Part shown: piece by piece, positions 20,482 to 28,707 of the stretch
Position numbering within the stretch: the stretch's first letter is position 1
Layout of the letters: each line of letters starts with the position of its first letter
IMG/VR virus record: IMGVR_UViG_2974799246_000001
Span: 64,001 to 128,000 of that record
Source of the DNA: a virus
Taxonomy: Duplodnaviria; Caudoviricetes
Direction: 5' to 3' (one strand)
Length of the DNA: 64,000 nt
Made by a program: the position numbers and the translations under genes
The notes under the pieces: model-generated
Databases searched by the model: none
The model's input: the letters and a program-made list of their open reading frames with translations, nothing else
What the model was told of the DNA's origin: nothing

Positions 20482-20904
20482 TTACTGGGACCTCATGGCA
20501 AACGTAACGGATTCTTTCGATTCGAGCTTAGGACAGCGCCACGTAACGATACACACGTAGGTCTGTTCGTATTGCTCGCTCATTGTACACGCTGTCTGCA
20601 CGTTGGTCACATCATTCGTAAGACCATTAGCTGGGTCTTCGAGCGCAAGGCGCATGTACGTTGCAATCCAGTCGGCTGTAGTCTGGTCGAAAGGTTCAAA
20701 TAGGTATTGATACACGTCAGCACCAAACGACTCACGCCATTTGCGAGACTTTTTGCGAGTACCAATGACCATTAAAATCTTCTGGACAATGCTGTCCATG
20801 TTCTGCACGTTATCGCGCGGTTCAAGTTGAATCCACGCATTGATATCACAATAGACTCGCTCGCTGATAGGAACGTCTATTAGTCTGACTCCGATTCCTG
20901 CCAT
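20482..20904 (-). CDS. Baseplate wedge protein, gp25/gpW-like
   Basis: 140 aa. SIVQKILMVIGTRKKSRKWRESFGADVYQYLFEP is a gp25-type signature. Confidence 0.85.
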   Translation of the reverse strand: MAGIGVRLIDVPISERVYCDINAWIQLEPRDNVQNMDSIVQKILMVIGTRKKSRKWRESFGADVYQYLFEPFDQTTADWIATYMRLALEDPANGLTNDVTNVQTACTMSEQYEQTYVCIVTWRCPKLESKESVTFAMRSQ

Positions 20905-21194
20905 TAGCCAAATCTCACGTTAGAGCTACCGTTAGAAGCTGTGTCACCACAACTGTTTCCATCACCAGCACGTTGAGCGGGCTTGCCGTTAACACGCACA
21001 CTGGAGCTTGATGTTGCTTTACCAACATGCGGAGGTTTCTTAGGCTTCCAGTGTGGTTTATAGGCGTCACCGCTGCGAACGCTTCCCTTGCCGTTGACAA
21101 GCACATTCGTTGATGCCTGTGCTGGGACGACAGGGAAATAACCGCTGTGACCTGTAGACAGATCTGCGCCAAGTCGAATAGCTTTCTGACCCAT
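20904..21194 (-). CDS. PAAR-domain spike tip protein (gp5.4-like)
   Basis: 96 aa. AIRLGAD..GH, STNVLVNGKGSVRSGD, VRVNGKPAQRAGD..SCG. Confidence 0.9.
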   Translation of the reverse strand: MGQKAIRLGADLSTGHSGYFPVVPAQASTNVLVNGKGSVRSGDAYKPHWKPKKPPHVGKATSSSSVRVNGKPAQRAGDGNSCGDTASNGSSNVRFG

Positions 21195-21217
21195 GATTAT
21201 TCTCCTCTGTTAGACAC

Positions 21218-21225
21218 AAATTAGC
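21218..21225 (-). promoter_or_regulatory. Putative late promoter motif GCTAATTT
   Basis: About 24 nt upstream of the PAAR start, just downstream of a terminator. Confidence 0.6.
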
Positions 21226-21240
21226 TTGTTAGGCCGCAGA

Positions 21241-21270
21241 AACAAAAACGGGCAGCCTCATGGCCACCCA
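21241..21270 (-). terminator. Rho-independent terminator closing the 1.25-kb non-coding unit
   Basis: GGGTGGCC-ATGA-GGCTGCCC-GTTTTTGTT. Confidence 0.85.
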
Positions 21271-21521
21271 GTTTCTGTGCTTGGATTTGTGTCGCCCATT
21301 CCCTCACACCCGAAGCGAGTGCCCGACGGCTTTAGCCGATGAGCCGGAATGAATGTCCGAGAGTGACGATACACCTGGTATCGACAGCATGTGACTCTCG
21401 GGCCATGATAGCAATAGACCAAGCATCGCTATTGCCACCAGCGACACTAAGAACAAAAGCATGTTTCGCTCCTCGTGTCTTACTTTAAATAACTACGTTT
21501 GATCAACTGGTACTTTGTTCT

Positions 21522-21549
21522 GCTCGTCGCCCAACATCACTTGAGTATC
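21522..21549 (-). repeat. 28-nt exact direct repeat, copy A (GATACTCAAGTGATGTTGGGCGACGAGC on the minus strand)
   Basis: Identical to 21911-21938. Confidence 0.95.
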
Positions 21550-21910
21550 AGAACGTTTCTCTGTCTTTACCGCCTACGTTGCGGTTATACCGCGCACGAC
21601 ACTCACATATCAAGGGCACTCGGCGGAAAAGGTAAGTTCCGAATGTCCTAACAACATGAGTGAAGCGAAGGAGGTCCCGTATCGGTGATCTGCAGGGGTT
21701 CACGCACTTTTAACATTCGCTTCTTTGTGCATTAAATCTTTCGTGGACTCGAATGCCCTGCTAATCATTCCACTAAGATATTTCACACCCTATTGTGAAC
21801 GGGTCAAGCTATGGCAGCACGTCAGCACGGCAGGCAGCGGACACACTCCATTAAGCATTGTTAAGGGCAATGCTCAACAGGCTGTGAACAGCTTGGTCGG
21901 AATAGGTTTC

Positions 21911-21938
21911 GCTCGTCGCCCAACATCACTTGAGTATC
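21911..21938 (-). repeat. 28-nt exact direct repeat, copy B
   Basis: Identical to 21522-21549; offset 389 nt. Confidence 0.95.
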
Positions 21939-22507
21939 TCGACCTAAACTTTTACTCTCCACACGACTACAAGGAAGAATCGCGTTTCTGTGACCTGCGG
22001 ATGTTTATCACTCTCAGACTCTTGAGCCACTATCTGGAAGCTAACACGTTGAGTCGTCCGCTGGATGACGTGTTAGCTCTCCTCTCCTCGTCGTGCGAAG
22101 GCCAGAGTGGTAGCTGATGGATTGTCATGAAGTCCTGACAGGAGTCATCGCTTCCCAATGCACACAGGGTGAAAGCCTATGCACATCAGGCAGCGTCTGC
22201 TGCGATACTGCTATCCCCTTGAGAGTGGCCATAGCGTTGAGTTTGCGCTTCGCCAGTCTACGTGCCTGGAAGGTATCTGCCGTGCCTATGTCTGCATTCA
22301 GCATGGTTCCTTTGCTGGGCCTTTTGGGCGTCAGCGACAGAGCAGATATTCATCACGTGGGTGCCGGGGTTGTCCTCACGATTACAGAGCGAACTCAAAC
22401 CGGCTGGAGGCCCGTATGCTCAGGAATGCACATACGAGTTTACCAGAAGAACGGCCCCGCTATGGTAGCGTTCTTCCGAGACATACTGATATTACTATCT
22501 GCAATTT

Positions 22508-22517
22508 TTATTTACAG
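22508..22517 (-). promoter_or_regulatory. Putative promoter motif CTGTAAATAA
   Basis: AT-rich site upstream of the candidate ncRNA; the same 10-mer occurs at 53671-53680 upstream of the ligase and at 22787-22796. Confidence 0.5.
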
Positions 22518-22596
22518 ATTTTTCTTAACCTTCGCCCCAACCACAAGAAGCAGGTTTACCGTCACCGTAACCGATTTTAAACAGCATAGTTAGTCC

Positions 22597-24357
22597 TTAG
22601 AACGCTTTACGTTCGATGTTGGAGTAGTACGTGTCATATGGTTCGCTATACAGCTCAGGGCCGCGCTGCGCACGAATGGTCACGTAACCAGTGTGTCGGT
22701 TGAACGCGATGATTTCGACTGTAGGCTGTTTCGGCTTGATGGTCGAATAAATCGGAGCGTTCATGGTTGGTTCGTCTGTCTGAATCTTATTTACAGATTG
22801 CAGAGCAGCACCAGACAGCGTAGGCAGATTGAATCTGATTTCCGCACGTTTCTGGCCGAACGCGATTTTGATTACACCAGCAGGAAGCTCAACGCCGTTC
22901 TGTTTCAGATACGCACCAATGCGACGAGCGATACCAGTCAACTGATCGCGTGTGCGAGGGTCGAATGTACCTTCGAAGCTGATTGCTTCTGCTGGCTGGC
23001 GCACGGACAGATGCAGACCTGTGTTGAAATAGCCTTCGGTCAGCAGGCGCAGCACTTCCTTCACGACTTCTTTCGTGTTGGATTTGATAGCAGCGATTTT
23101 GAGTTCAGGCACGTCAACCTTAATCGGGTCACGCAGTTCGGTCTGGTTGTCCATGTAGCCGAGTGATACGTGTTTCGCTTTGGTGTACGTGTGCTGCAAC
23201 ACACCAGTAGCGCGAATCAATACAGAGCCAGACTTCGATTGATCATACAGTTCGTCGCTGGTGGTTGTGCTAAACAGGTAATAGTCTGTAGGCACTGCCA
23301 TACGATTAACCGCTTCAACTGCTTTCGTCTGTACTTCTTTTACAGTTTTACCGAAGACAACACGACTACGGTTAGGCTGTGCTGCCGAGACAGGGAAGAA
23401 GGCGCCGTATACAACCTGCACGTTCTTCTGAATAGGCTTGGAAGAGTTTACCTTGATACCGCCTTGCAGCGGAGGTAGCTTCACGCCCACCAGCTTACCG
23501 TTAACGATAGCTTTGTTTGCTACAACAGGCTTGAGGCCAGACAGCAGTTTCTGCAACTCAGCGCCATCAAGAATCTTCTCAAGCGGAACAGCAAGGTTCT
23601 GCGGCAGATAGTGTTTCTTGCGGAACGAGTAGATAACTGTGTCTTTCTTGATCTGCAAAGGCGTAGCCATGTTGCGACCAATCTGACCTACAGGCTGGAA
23701 CGTGTTCTTCTTGTCATCCGCAATGGTACCGAATGCTTTCGTGAACTCAGACTGTCCGATGATGTTAGCCACACGCTGGTGACCACGAACGATAAACACG
23801 ATCTTCGGTTCGTCTTTCAGGCGCAGTTCGTAACGGTCACGGTTCAGATAAACCATGCTGTACTTATCGCCTTTCTCCAGCTCAAGGTCATACTCATCGT
23901 TGGCGTCATCAACCACGACTTTCTTACCTTGATACGTTGCGTACTGACGAGCAGCAGACTCGGAGGCAATCTCCATAGCCTTACCAGTATTCGACAGCGC
24001 AACAGCAAAGTCAGTTACAGCAGGCATCAGATCAACAGACGATGCAACCGCGTAGCTGTTACGGCGTTCACCGAGATGCAGATGCACGGCACTTGAAGCA
24101 GACATGAATACAGTGTTACCTGTGTCTTCATGCTTACCTGCAAAGTTCATACCGCTAATGCGTTCGATGATGTTGGCGCTTAACGCAGGAAACGCGATAT
24201 CGCTACCAGCAGTGAAGTCAAAAATCTCACCGTGACGCCATGCGTATGCCACGTTGTTCGAGCTAAGACCGACAAACGCATCGCCGATCTGCTTAACAGT
24301 CATCGGCATGATACTCAAGTCACGAATGACCGAGTTTTGCTTTTGAATAAGATTCAT
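22597..24357 (-). CDS. Hypothetical protein, probable internal head protein
   Basis: 586 aa. Several S-x-S/A-x-S motifs in the N-terminal part, followed by a domain shared with three other genes in the window. Confidence 0.7.
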   Translation of the reverse strand: MNLIQKQNSVIRDLSIMPMTVKQIGDAFVGLSSNNVAYAWRHGEIFDFTAGSDIAFPALSANIIERISGMNFAGKHEDTGNTVFMSASSAVHLHLGERRNSYAVASSVDLMPAVTDFAVALSNTGKAMEIASESAARQYATYQGKKVVVDDANDEYDLELEKGDKYSMVYLNRDRYELRLKDEPKIVFIVRGHQRVANIIGQSEFTKAFGTIADDKKNTFQPVGQIGRNMATPLQIKKDTVIYSFRKKHYLPQNLAVPLEKILDGAELQKLLSGLKPVVANKAIVNGKLVGVKLPPLQGGIKVNSSKPIQKNVQVVYGAFFPVSAAQPNRSRVVFGKTVKEVQTKAVEAVNRMAVPTDYYLFSTTTSDELYDQSKSGSVLIRATGVLQHTYTKAKHVSLGYMDNQTELRDPIKVDVPELKIAAIKSNTKEVVKEVLRLLTEGYFNTGLHLSVRQPAEAISFEGTFDPRTRDQLTGIARRIGAYLKQNGVELPAGVIKIAFGQKRAEIRFNLPTLSGAALQSVNKIQTDEPTMNAPIYSTIKPKQPTVEIIAFNRHTGYVTIRAQRGPELYSEPYDTYYSNIERKAF

Positions 24358-24365
24358 ATAAATCC

Positions 24366-24800
24366 CTAATACGAAACAAGGCGGAAGGCGTTCTGCTTGA
24401 GCAGATTGAGATTGCCCAGCATCAGGCTGTAGGCCAGAGTGCCGTGCTGCGCGATCAGACTATCAGGAACGATAGACCCGAAGTAAATCGAGTTGTCTGG
24501 TCGCGTGTTAATCTCCTCACCAATAGACTTCATTGCGTCAGGGACAACGAAGCACCACGGTTCAGCAACGTACTTACCGCGCACGTACTGAACTCTATAG
24601 CCAACAGCCATGTGCTGGCCTTTGGTAGGGCGGCACGAAAAAACATCCGCGTTCTGGTTGCGTGACTTACGAACCGCAAACAGAGCCATAGTCAGAAAGC
24701 GCTGTTCGAACTGCGGCATGAATGCGTTATCTTCGCAAATCTTTTTCAGAACCGCCTCTTGTCGAGCTTTAGGCATCGACGAGAACAAGTTTAAGTTCAT
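24366..24800 (-). CDS. Hypothetical protein
   Basis: 144 aa ORF with a 4-nt overlap to tmk. Confidence 0.7.
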   Translation of the reverse strand: MNLNLFSSMPKARQEAVLKKICEDNAFMPQFEQRFLTMALFAVRKSRNQNADVFSCRPTKGQHMAVGYRVQYVRGKYVAEPWCFVVPDAMKSIGEEINTRPDNSIYFGSIVPDSLIAQHGTLAYSLMLGNLNLLKQNAFRLVSY

Positions 24801-25411
24801 GACAGTTGCGCGAGAATCTGGCGTACAACGTCAGACACCGAATTGACCTCAGTATCAATAACTAAATCAAAGCCGCCCGGCACTTCAAGGTAGCGCTGAT
24901 TGTATTGCTCGAACACTTCTTTGGTCTGACGCTTTTCAATGCGGTCTTCACCACCGATGCGAATCTTACGACGCTCAACGGAAGTTTCATAACCACAGGT
25001 CAGCAGCACGGTCAGTCGGTTCTCAGGAGCAAGCGCTTCCCAAGTGTGCTGATAGATGTGTGCGTTAACATCTGACTCACCCGCCTGATAGACGTATGTT
25101 GATGGGTACCCACGGTCAGCAATGATAACGGTATCTGGTTCGTTTTCCAGAATACGTTCATAGGCTGTCATCGTGGAGGAACGTGCAGCAAGGAAAAGCA
25201 GCAGTTCCGTACGCGGGTCCATACCTTCGTTAAGAGGGTTTGAATTGGACAGCAGAACATCACGAATGTGTTCGGCCAGAGGCGTACCACCAGGCTCGCG
25301 CAAACGCAAAGTCTTTGCGCCGCGTTGTGTGAGAATCTCAGACAGAGCAGTACATACAGTAGACTTACCGCTACCCTCTGGGCCTTCGACTAAGAGATAG
25401 ATTGAGTTCAT
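24797..25411 (-). CDS. tmk: Thymidylate (dTMP) kinase
   Basis: P-loop EGPEGSGKST, REPGGT, ELLLFLAAR, IIADR motifs. Confidence 0.95.
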   Translation of the reverse strand: MNSIYLLVEGPEGSGKSTVCTALSEILTQRGAKTLRLREPGGTPLAEHIRDVLLSNSNPLNEGMDPRTELLLFLAARSSTMTAYERILENEPDTVIIADRGYPSTYVYQAGESDVNAHIYQHTWEALAPENRLTVLLTCGYETSVERRKIRIGGEDRIEKRQTKEVFEQYNQRYLEVPGGFDLVIDTEVNSVSDVVRQILAQLS

Positions 25412-25420
25412 AATGAGTCC

Positions 25421-25909
25421 TTAGGCAAATCGCCCACCTCGCCATGCGGCCTTGATGAGCAATTTCGCCACGATTTCGTTCTTCATTGTCTTTCGCTTGG
25501 CGTTGCTTCTGACAAATGCAGAGCCGAACTTATTCACGACGATTAGGCCGCAGCCTAACTCTTTTATGCGACCAATTATTTTGTCGCCGTGAGTTTCAAA
25601 CAGTTGTTCGTCAATGATGAAGTACATGCGCATACAGAAAGGCAAATACTTGTGCCACTTCTTATCGGTATTGAAGTCAGCCCAGCAACTCTTAACCTCA
25701 GTGATAATCATATCACACTTGGTATTCAGGCAGAACACGTCGGCCCTTAAGTTACCGTGCTTTATCAATCCGAGTTCAACGTGACAGGAATAGCGTTTGT
25801 CAATCCAGTAGCGCTGCGCGGCTTCGGTGAGAAAGGCCGTCTTATCAGGACGGCTCATTGATTTGAATACTGCTTGAATGGGTTCAGCCTTGCGCCGCTT
25901 ATAGGCCAT
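25421..25909 (-). CDS. MmcB-like PD-(D/E)xK nuclease-fold protein
   Basis: LRADVFCL...ITEVKSCWADFNTDKKWHKYLPFCMRMYF matches the MmcB family pattern. Confidence 0.8.
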   Translation of the reverse strand: MAYKRRKAEPIQAVFKSMSRPDKTAFLTEAAQRYWIDKRYSCHVELGLIKHGNLRADVFCLNTKCDMIITEVKSCWADFNTDKKWHKYLPFCMRMYFIIDEQLFETHGDKIIGRIKELGCGLIVVNKFGSAFVRSNAKRKTMKNEIVAKLLIKAAWRGGRFA

Positions 25910-26357
25910 ACGATTCGATAATGTCCAGGGCTTGCTCTACAATTGGACGGAGTTTCCTGTCCAGTTTACGCAGAGCCTTATCCGCTTTGAACCATTTGCG
26001 TTCACGCGTCAGGGCTTCATCATACTCGGTCAGCATAGTCTTGACCTTCATGACGTACCATTCAACGTGTTGCTCACGGCCGGTTTTGCCTTTGACGTAA
26101 CGCATGATATCTACGAAGTCTTTCGGCTTACCGAGAACACCAGCTTCTTCCATAGCTTCTTTAAGCGCACTGTCGAGTGCAGTCATTCCCTTCTCCACGC
26201 CGCCTTTTGGGAGACCCCAATTGCCTGCATGGGTTGTACGAATGAGCAAGAGTTCAATCGTACCATCCTTTTTCTTGCGATATGGGATAACGCCAGACTG
26301 CTTACGAGGTTTCTTCTCGCTTGGCAGCTTGGCTGACAATGACACGTTGATCATCAT
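25899..26357 (-). CDS. Nudix hydrolase
   Basis: Nudix box GGVEKGMTALDSALKEAMEEAGV, preceded by QSGVIPYR..LLI..WGLPKG (ApnA/DIPP-like subfamily pattern). Confidence 0.9.
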   Translation of the reverse strand: MMINVSLSAKLPSEKKPRKQSGVIPYRKKKDGTIELLLIRTTHAGNWGLPKGGVEKGMTALDSALKEAMEEAGVLGKPKDFVDIMRYVKGKTGREQHVEWYVMKVKTMLTEYDEALTRERKWFKADKALRKLDRKLRPIVEQALDIIESYGL

Positions 26358-26857
26358 AATGAATCAAGTCCTCTCGGGAGGTCAACATCCCACGAGCCAG
26401 CGTTGTCTTTCCACAGACCTTGGTTCTGTAACTCTTTATAAGCGTCATAAAGAGAAACACGAGCCTGTACCGAGACTTCGTTGGTACCCGCAGCACCTAA
26501 GCTGTAGCAATACGTGCAGCCTGGGAAGTATTGTGTACGGGTCGCCTCATATGTGTCAAACACAATTTGGCCTTCGCTATTAGAGATAACAGCGTGTGAC
26601 GCCATACCACCTTGACCGAGAATGACGATATCATAATCGGGATGCTGTTTATAGCAGCGTTGAATGAACTCGGCGCAGTCTGCAAATGGTCGAGCTACGG
26701 CAGCAGCGCGATTGCAGTTAAACTGGGCGGCAGACTCAGAAAGAGAACGCGCACCAGTAAGATTCATAGCCGAGGCAAAGATAAGAGTTGCGAGCGATTC
26801 AGGCTCAACGGCAGTGGGGAAAAACTTTGTGCCCCACGCTTGTGATAGCGAAAGCAT
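26354..26857 (-). CDS. Hypothetical protein with possible Cys-His-Asp triad
   Basis: 167 aa. FNCNRAA...SHAVI....IVFD; GGAG SD and ACTAATTT motif upstream. Confidence 0.65.
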   Translation of the reverse strand: MLSLSQAWGTKFFPTAVEPESLATLIFASAMNLTGARSLSESAAQFNCNRAAAVARPFADCAEFIQRCYKQHPDYDIVILGQGGMASHAVISNSEGQIVFDTYEATRTQYFPGCTYCYSLGAAGTNEVSVQARVSLYDAYKELQNQGLWKDNAGSWDVDLPRGLDSL

Positions 26858-26886
26858 GGACGTCTCCTTATACGATAGTCTCAGCT

Positions 26887-26894
26887 AAATTAGT
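26887..26894 (-). promoter_or_regulatory. Variant late promoter motif ACTAATTT
   Basis: Intergenic, about 30 nt upstream of 26857; one mismatch to GCTAATTT. Confidence 0.45.
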
Positions 26895-26898
26895 GTGC

Positions 26899-27186
26899 TT
26901 AGTCTTCTGGGCAGATAAGCACCTGACGACCCTGTTGATAATAAGAGTCTGGTGCTCGCCCTATTACGATAGCGCGTTTGCACATAAATGCAGGCTTGCG
27001 CAGAGCAACGTTACAACCGCCGTGCGAGAGTACAGCCATAGCTTCTGCTTTAGCTGGCCCAGTCAGGCACAACGTATGCGAGTAAAACGGCTTTTGTGCT
27101 TTCTTCATCGTGCGTGACATTAAAGCGCGGATGCGTTCGGCCTGGCCTGATGTAGGTACATGATCGCAGTACACGGCGATATTCAT
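26899..27186 (-). CDS. Hypothetical protein
   Basis: 95 aa. ATGA overlap with the upstream gene; GGAG SD. Confidence 0.65.
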   Translation of the reverse strand: MNIAVYCDHVPTSGQAERIRALMSRTMKKAQKPFYSHTLCLTGPAKAEAMAVLSHGGCNVALRKPAFMCKRAIVIGRAPDSYYQQGRQVLICPED

Positions 27187-27908
27187 TTGCCAGCTCCTTT
27201 GATGTTCAGAATGCCGTTGAAAACAGTGAACTTATCAGAGAAATGGCCGACCACGTTACCGAGACTATGCACATCGCCATGGCCACCGTAAGGATTAAAA
27301 TCTGCGAGGTCGATTTGCAGATGCGATGCACTGATGGGATTGAATCCTGTTTCTTTAATGAAGATGGTATGGCCATCATAACGAGGCTTATCAGTAAAGA
27401 GCACACCCATGTTAGACCACGTATTGGAGCTGGACTCCAGCACGAAGACAGACGCCTGGTAAAACTTCGCTCCCAGGTCTGGTGCCGTGTCTTGGACGTA
27501 GTGGTAATCTTCATGATCAGCAACGATAACGTCCACAGTAATGAGTTCCGCTTCATTTCTACGGTTGCGCAACCAGCTCTGCATACAGCGCGTAAAGTAG
27601 TCCGCCATTGCGCAACAAATGCAGCTACGGTTCGTCGGGTCTTTTTCGGCGCGAGGGATTGCAGTGACATTGCGGTCGGAGAATTTCCATGTGACATGAT
27701 CGGTTACCAGATTACCAGATTGAAACTCAAACTCCTCGTCATTGATAACGAAGATGTTTTTACGCTGCATTACGATGTTCGACAATACATGGGCCGCGCT
27801 GTTTTGCAGGCCCAGAGGATATTGAAGCAATACGCGAGCAGTGACGACACGAGGAACCCCGTTTTCGAGATAAGCGAAGTTCATTGTGCGATGCGCTACA
27901 GAAAGCAT
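27183..27908 (-). CDS. Hypothetical protein
   Basis: 241 aa. AAGGA SD; no motif recognised. Confidence 0.7.
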   Translation of the reverse strand: MLSVAHRTMNFAYLENGVPRVVTARVLLQYPLGLQNSAAHVLSNIVMQRKNIFVINDEEFEFQSGNLVTDHVTWKFSDRNVTAIPRAEKDPTNRSCICCAMADYFTRCMQSWLRNRRNEAELITVDVIVADHEDYHYVQDTAPDLGAKFYQASVFVLESSSNTWSNMGVLFTDKPRYDGHTIFIKETGFNPISASHLQIDLADFNPYGGHGDVHSLGNVVGHFSDKFTVFNGILNIKGAGK

Positions 27909-27918
27909 GGTACGTCCT

Positions 27919-28707
27919 TTAGTTCAGGTTGATTGTCTGTCCATTTACAGTTACATCCTGACCTGCCTCGATATTAACAGCGCCCCTTACATCCAACACG
28001 TCATCGCCCTTAACAGTAACTTTACGACTCCCACCAATCTCAACAGTCTGGTTGCCTGTGATCTTAGTGTACTGGTTGCCTGCATCGTTCTTCTGCGTAC
28101 CTTTGAACTTGATACGCTTCTTCGGGTCAGGCTTCAAGGACTTAGGCGTCATCACAGGGTCATTCAAGATATAGTCTGGAATGTCGTTCTTACTGCCTGT
28201 GATAATCAGTTGCTGATTGCCTACGATAGTCTGGTTAACGTCACCCATGATTGTCATGTTGAAGTCCCCCGACGTCACAAGGAAGTGCTCGTTGGTCAGG
28301 CGGTCAATGATGAGCTGGGTGCCAGTAGACAGACGCACACCCACGCGATGCGGATAGTTCACGAGGAACTCAGGCAGTTGGTCAGCCTCTGTCATGCGCA
28401 CGTTGGTGCTATACATACCTTCGTGCAATTGACCAGTAGGGAACTTCACATTGACCTTAGCACCACGCGTAGGAATGAATGACGCGCCAAACGTCACACC
28501 CTGTGAGCCGCCTTTAAGCCCTTCGAGATGACCAACAGCAGGGCGAATCCAGGGTATCATGTCGTCGGCAATGTCGTCAGTCAGACCCATGATACGTGCT
28601 CGAATCTGACCGATGCGTCGAGGGTCGTTGTTGTCGATTACGATTGCCTCATAATCCATTTGAGGGTCGATGCCTTTCTTGGCGTTCACACTATTCAGAG
28701 GAATCAT
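27919..28707 (-). CDS. Baseplate central spike (gp5/gpV-like; OB-fold plus beta-helix, no lysozyme domain)
   Basis: VIDNNDPRRIGQIRARI...IPW, IPTRGAKVNVKF, and C-terminal VxGxxxxxVxG repeats ending GQTINLN. Confidence 0.85.
   Translation of the reverse strand: MIPLNSVNAKKGIDPQMDYEAIVIDNNDPRRIGQIRARIMGLTDDIADDMIPWIRPAVGHLEGLKGGSQGVTFGASFIPTRGAKVNVKFPTGQLHEGMYSTNVRMTEADQLPEFLVNYPHRVGVRLSTGTQLIIDRLTNEHFLVTSGDFNMTIMGDVNQTIVGNQQLIITGSKNDIPDYILNDPVMTPKSLKPDPKKRIKFKGTQKNDAGNQYTKITGNQTVEIGGSRKVTVKGDDVLDVRGAVNIEAGQDVTVNGQTINLN

Larger units (their letters stand above)
21241..22490 (-). ncRNA. Candidate large structured non-coding RNA (~1.25 kb, unknown class)
   Basis: No minus-strand ORF of 60 aa or more in an otherwise densely coded strand; at least 10 helices of 7-12 bp with minus-strand G-U pairs; duplicated 28-nt hairpin module; upstream CTGTAAATAA motif and downstream terminator. 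Ends are approximate. Confidence 0.7.

Noticed and set aside
21522-21938. 28-nt repeat as a CRISPR array
   Set aside because: Only two copies, 389 nt apart, with no spacer-sized periodicity and no cas genes in the window.
21241-22490. Group I/II intron, tRNA cluster, tmRNA or replication origin
   Set aside because: The flanking genes are intact and separated by a terminator, so there is no split exon. I found no cloverleaf, tmRNA ends or group II domain V by eye. The region is not AT-rich or iteron-like as expected for an origin.
21725-22593. Plus-strand ORFs of 130, 158, 133 and 68 aa across the non-coding gap (two joined by a TGATG overlap)
   Set aside because: They oppose every other gene in the window, have no clear SD, show atypical Cys/Ser/Leu-rich composition and no recognisable motifs. 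The G-U asymmetry and terminator point to a minus-strand RNA. Not formally excluded without ribosome profiling.
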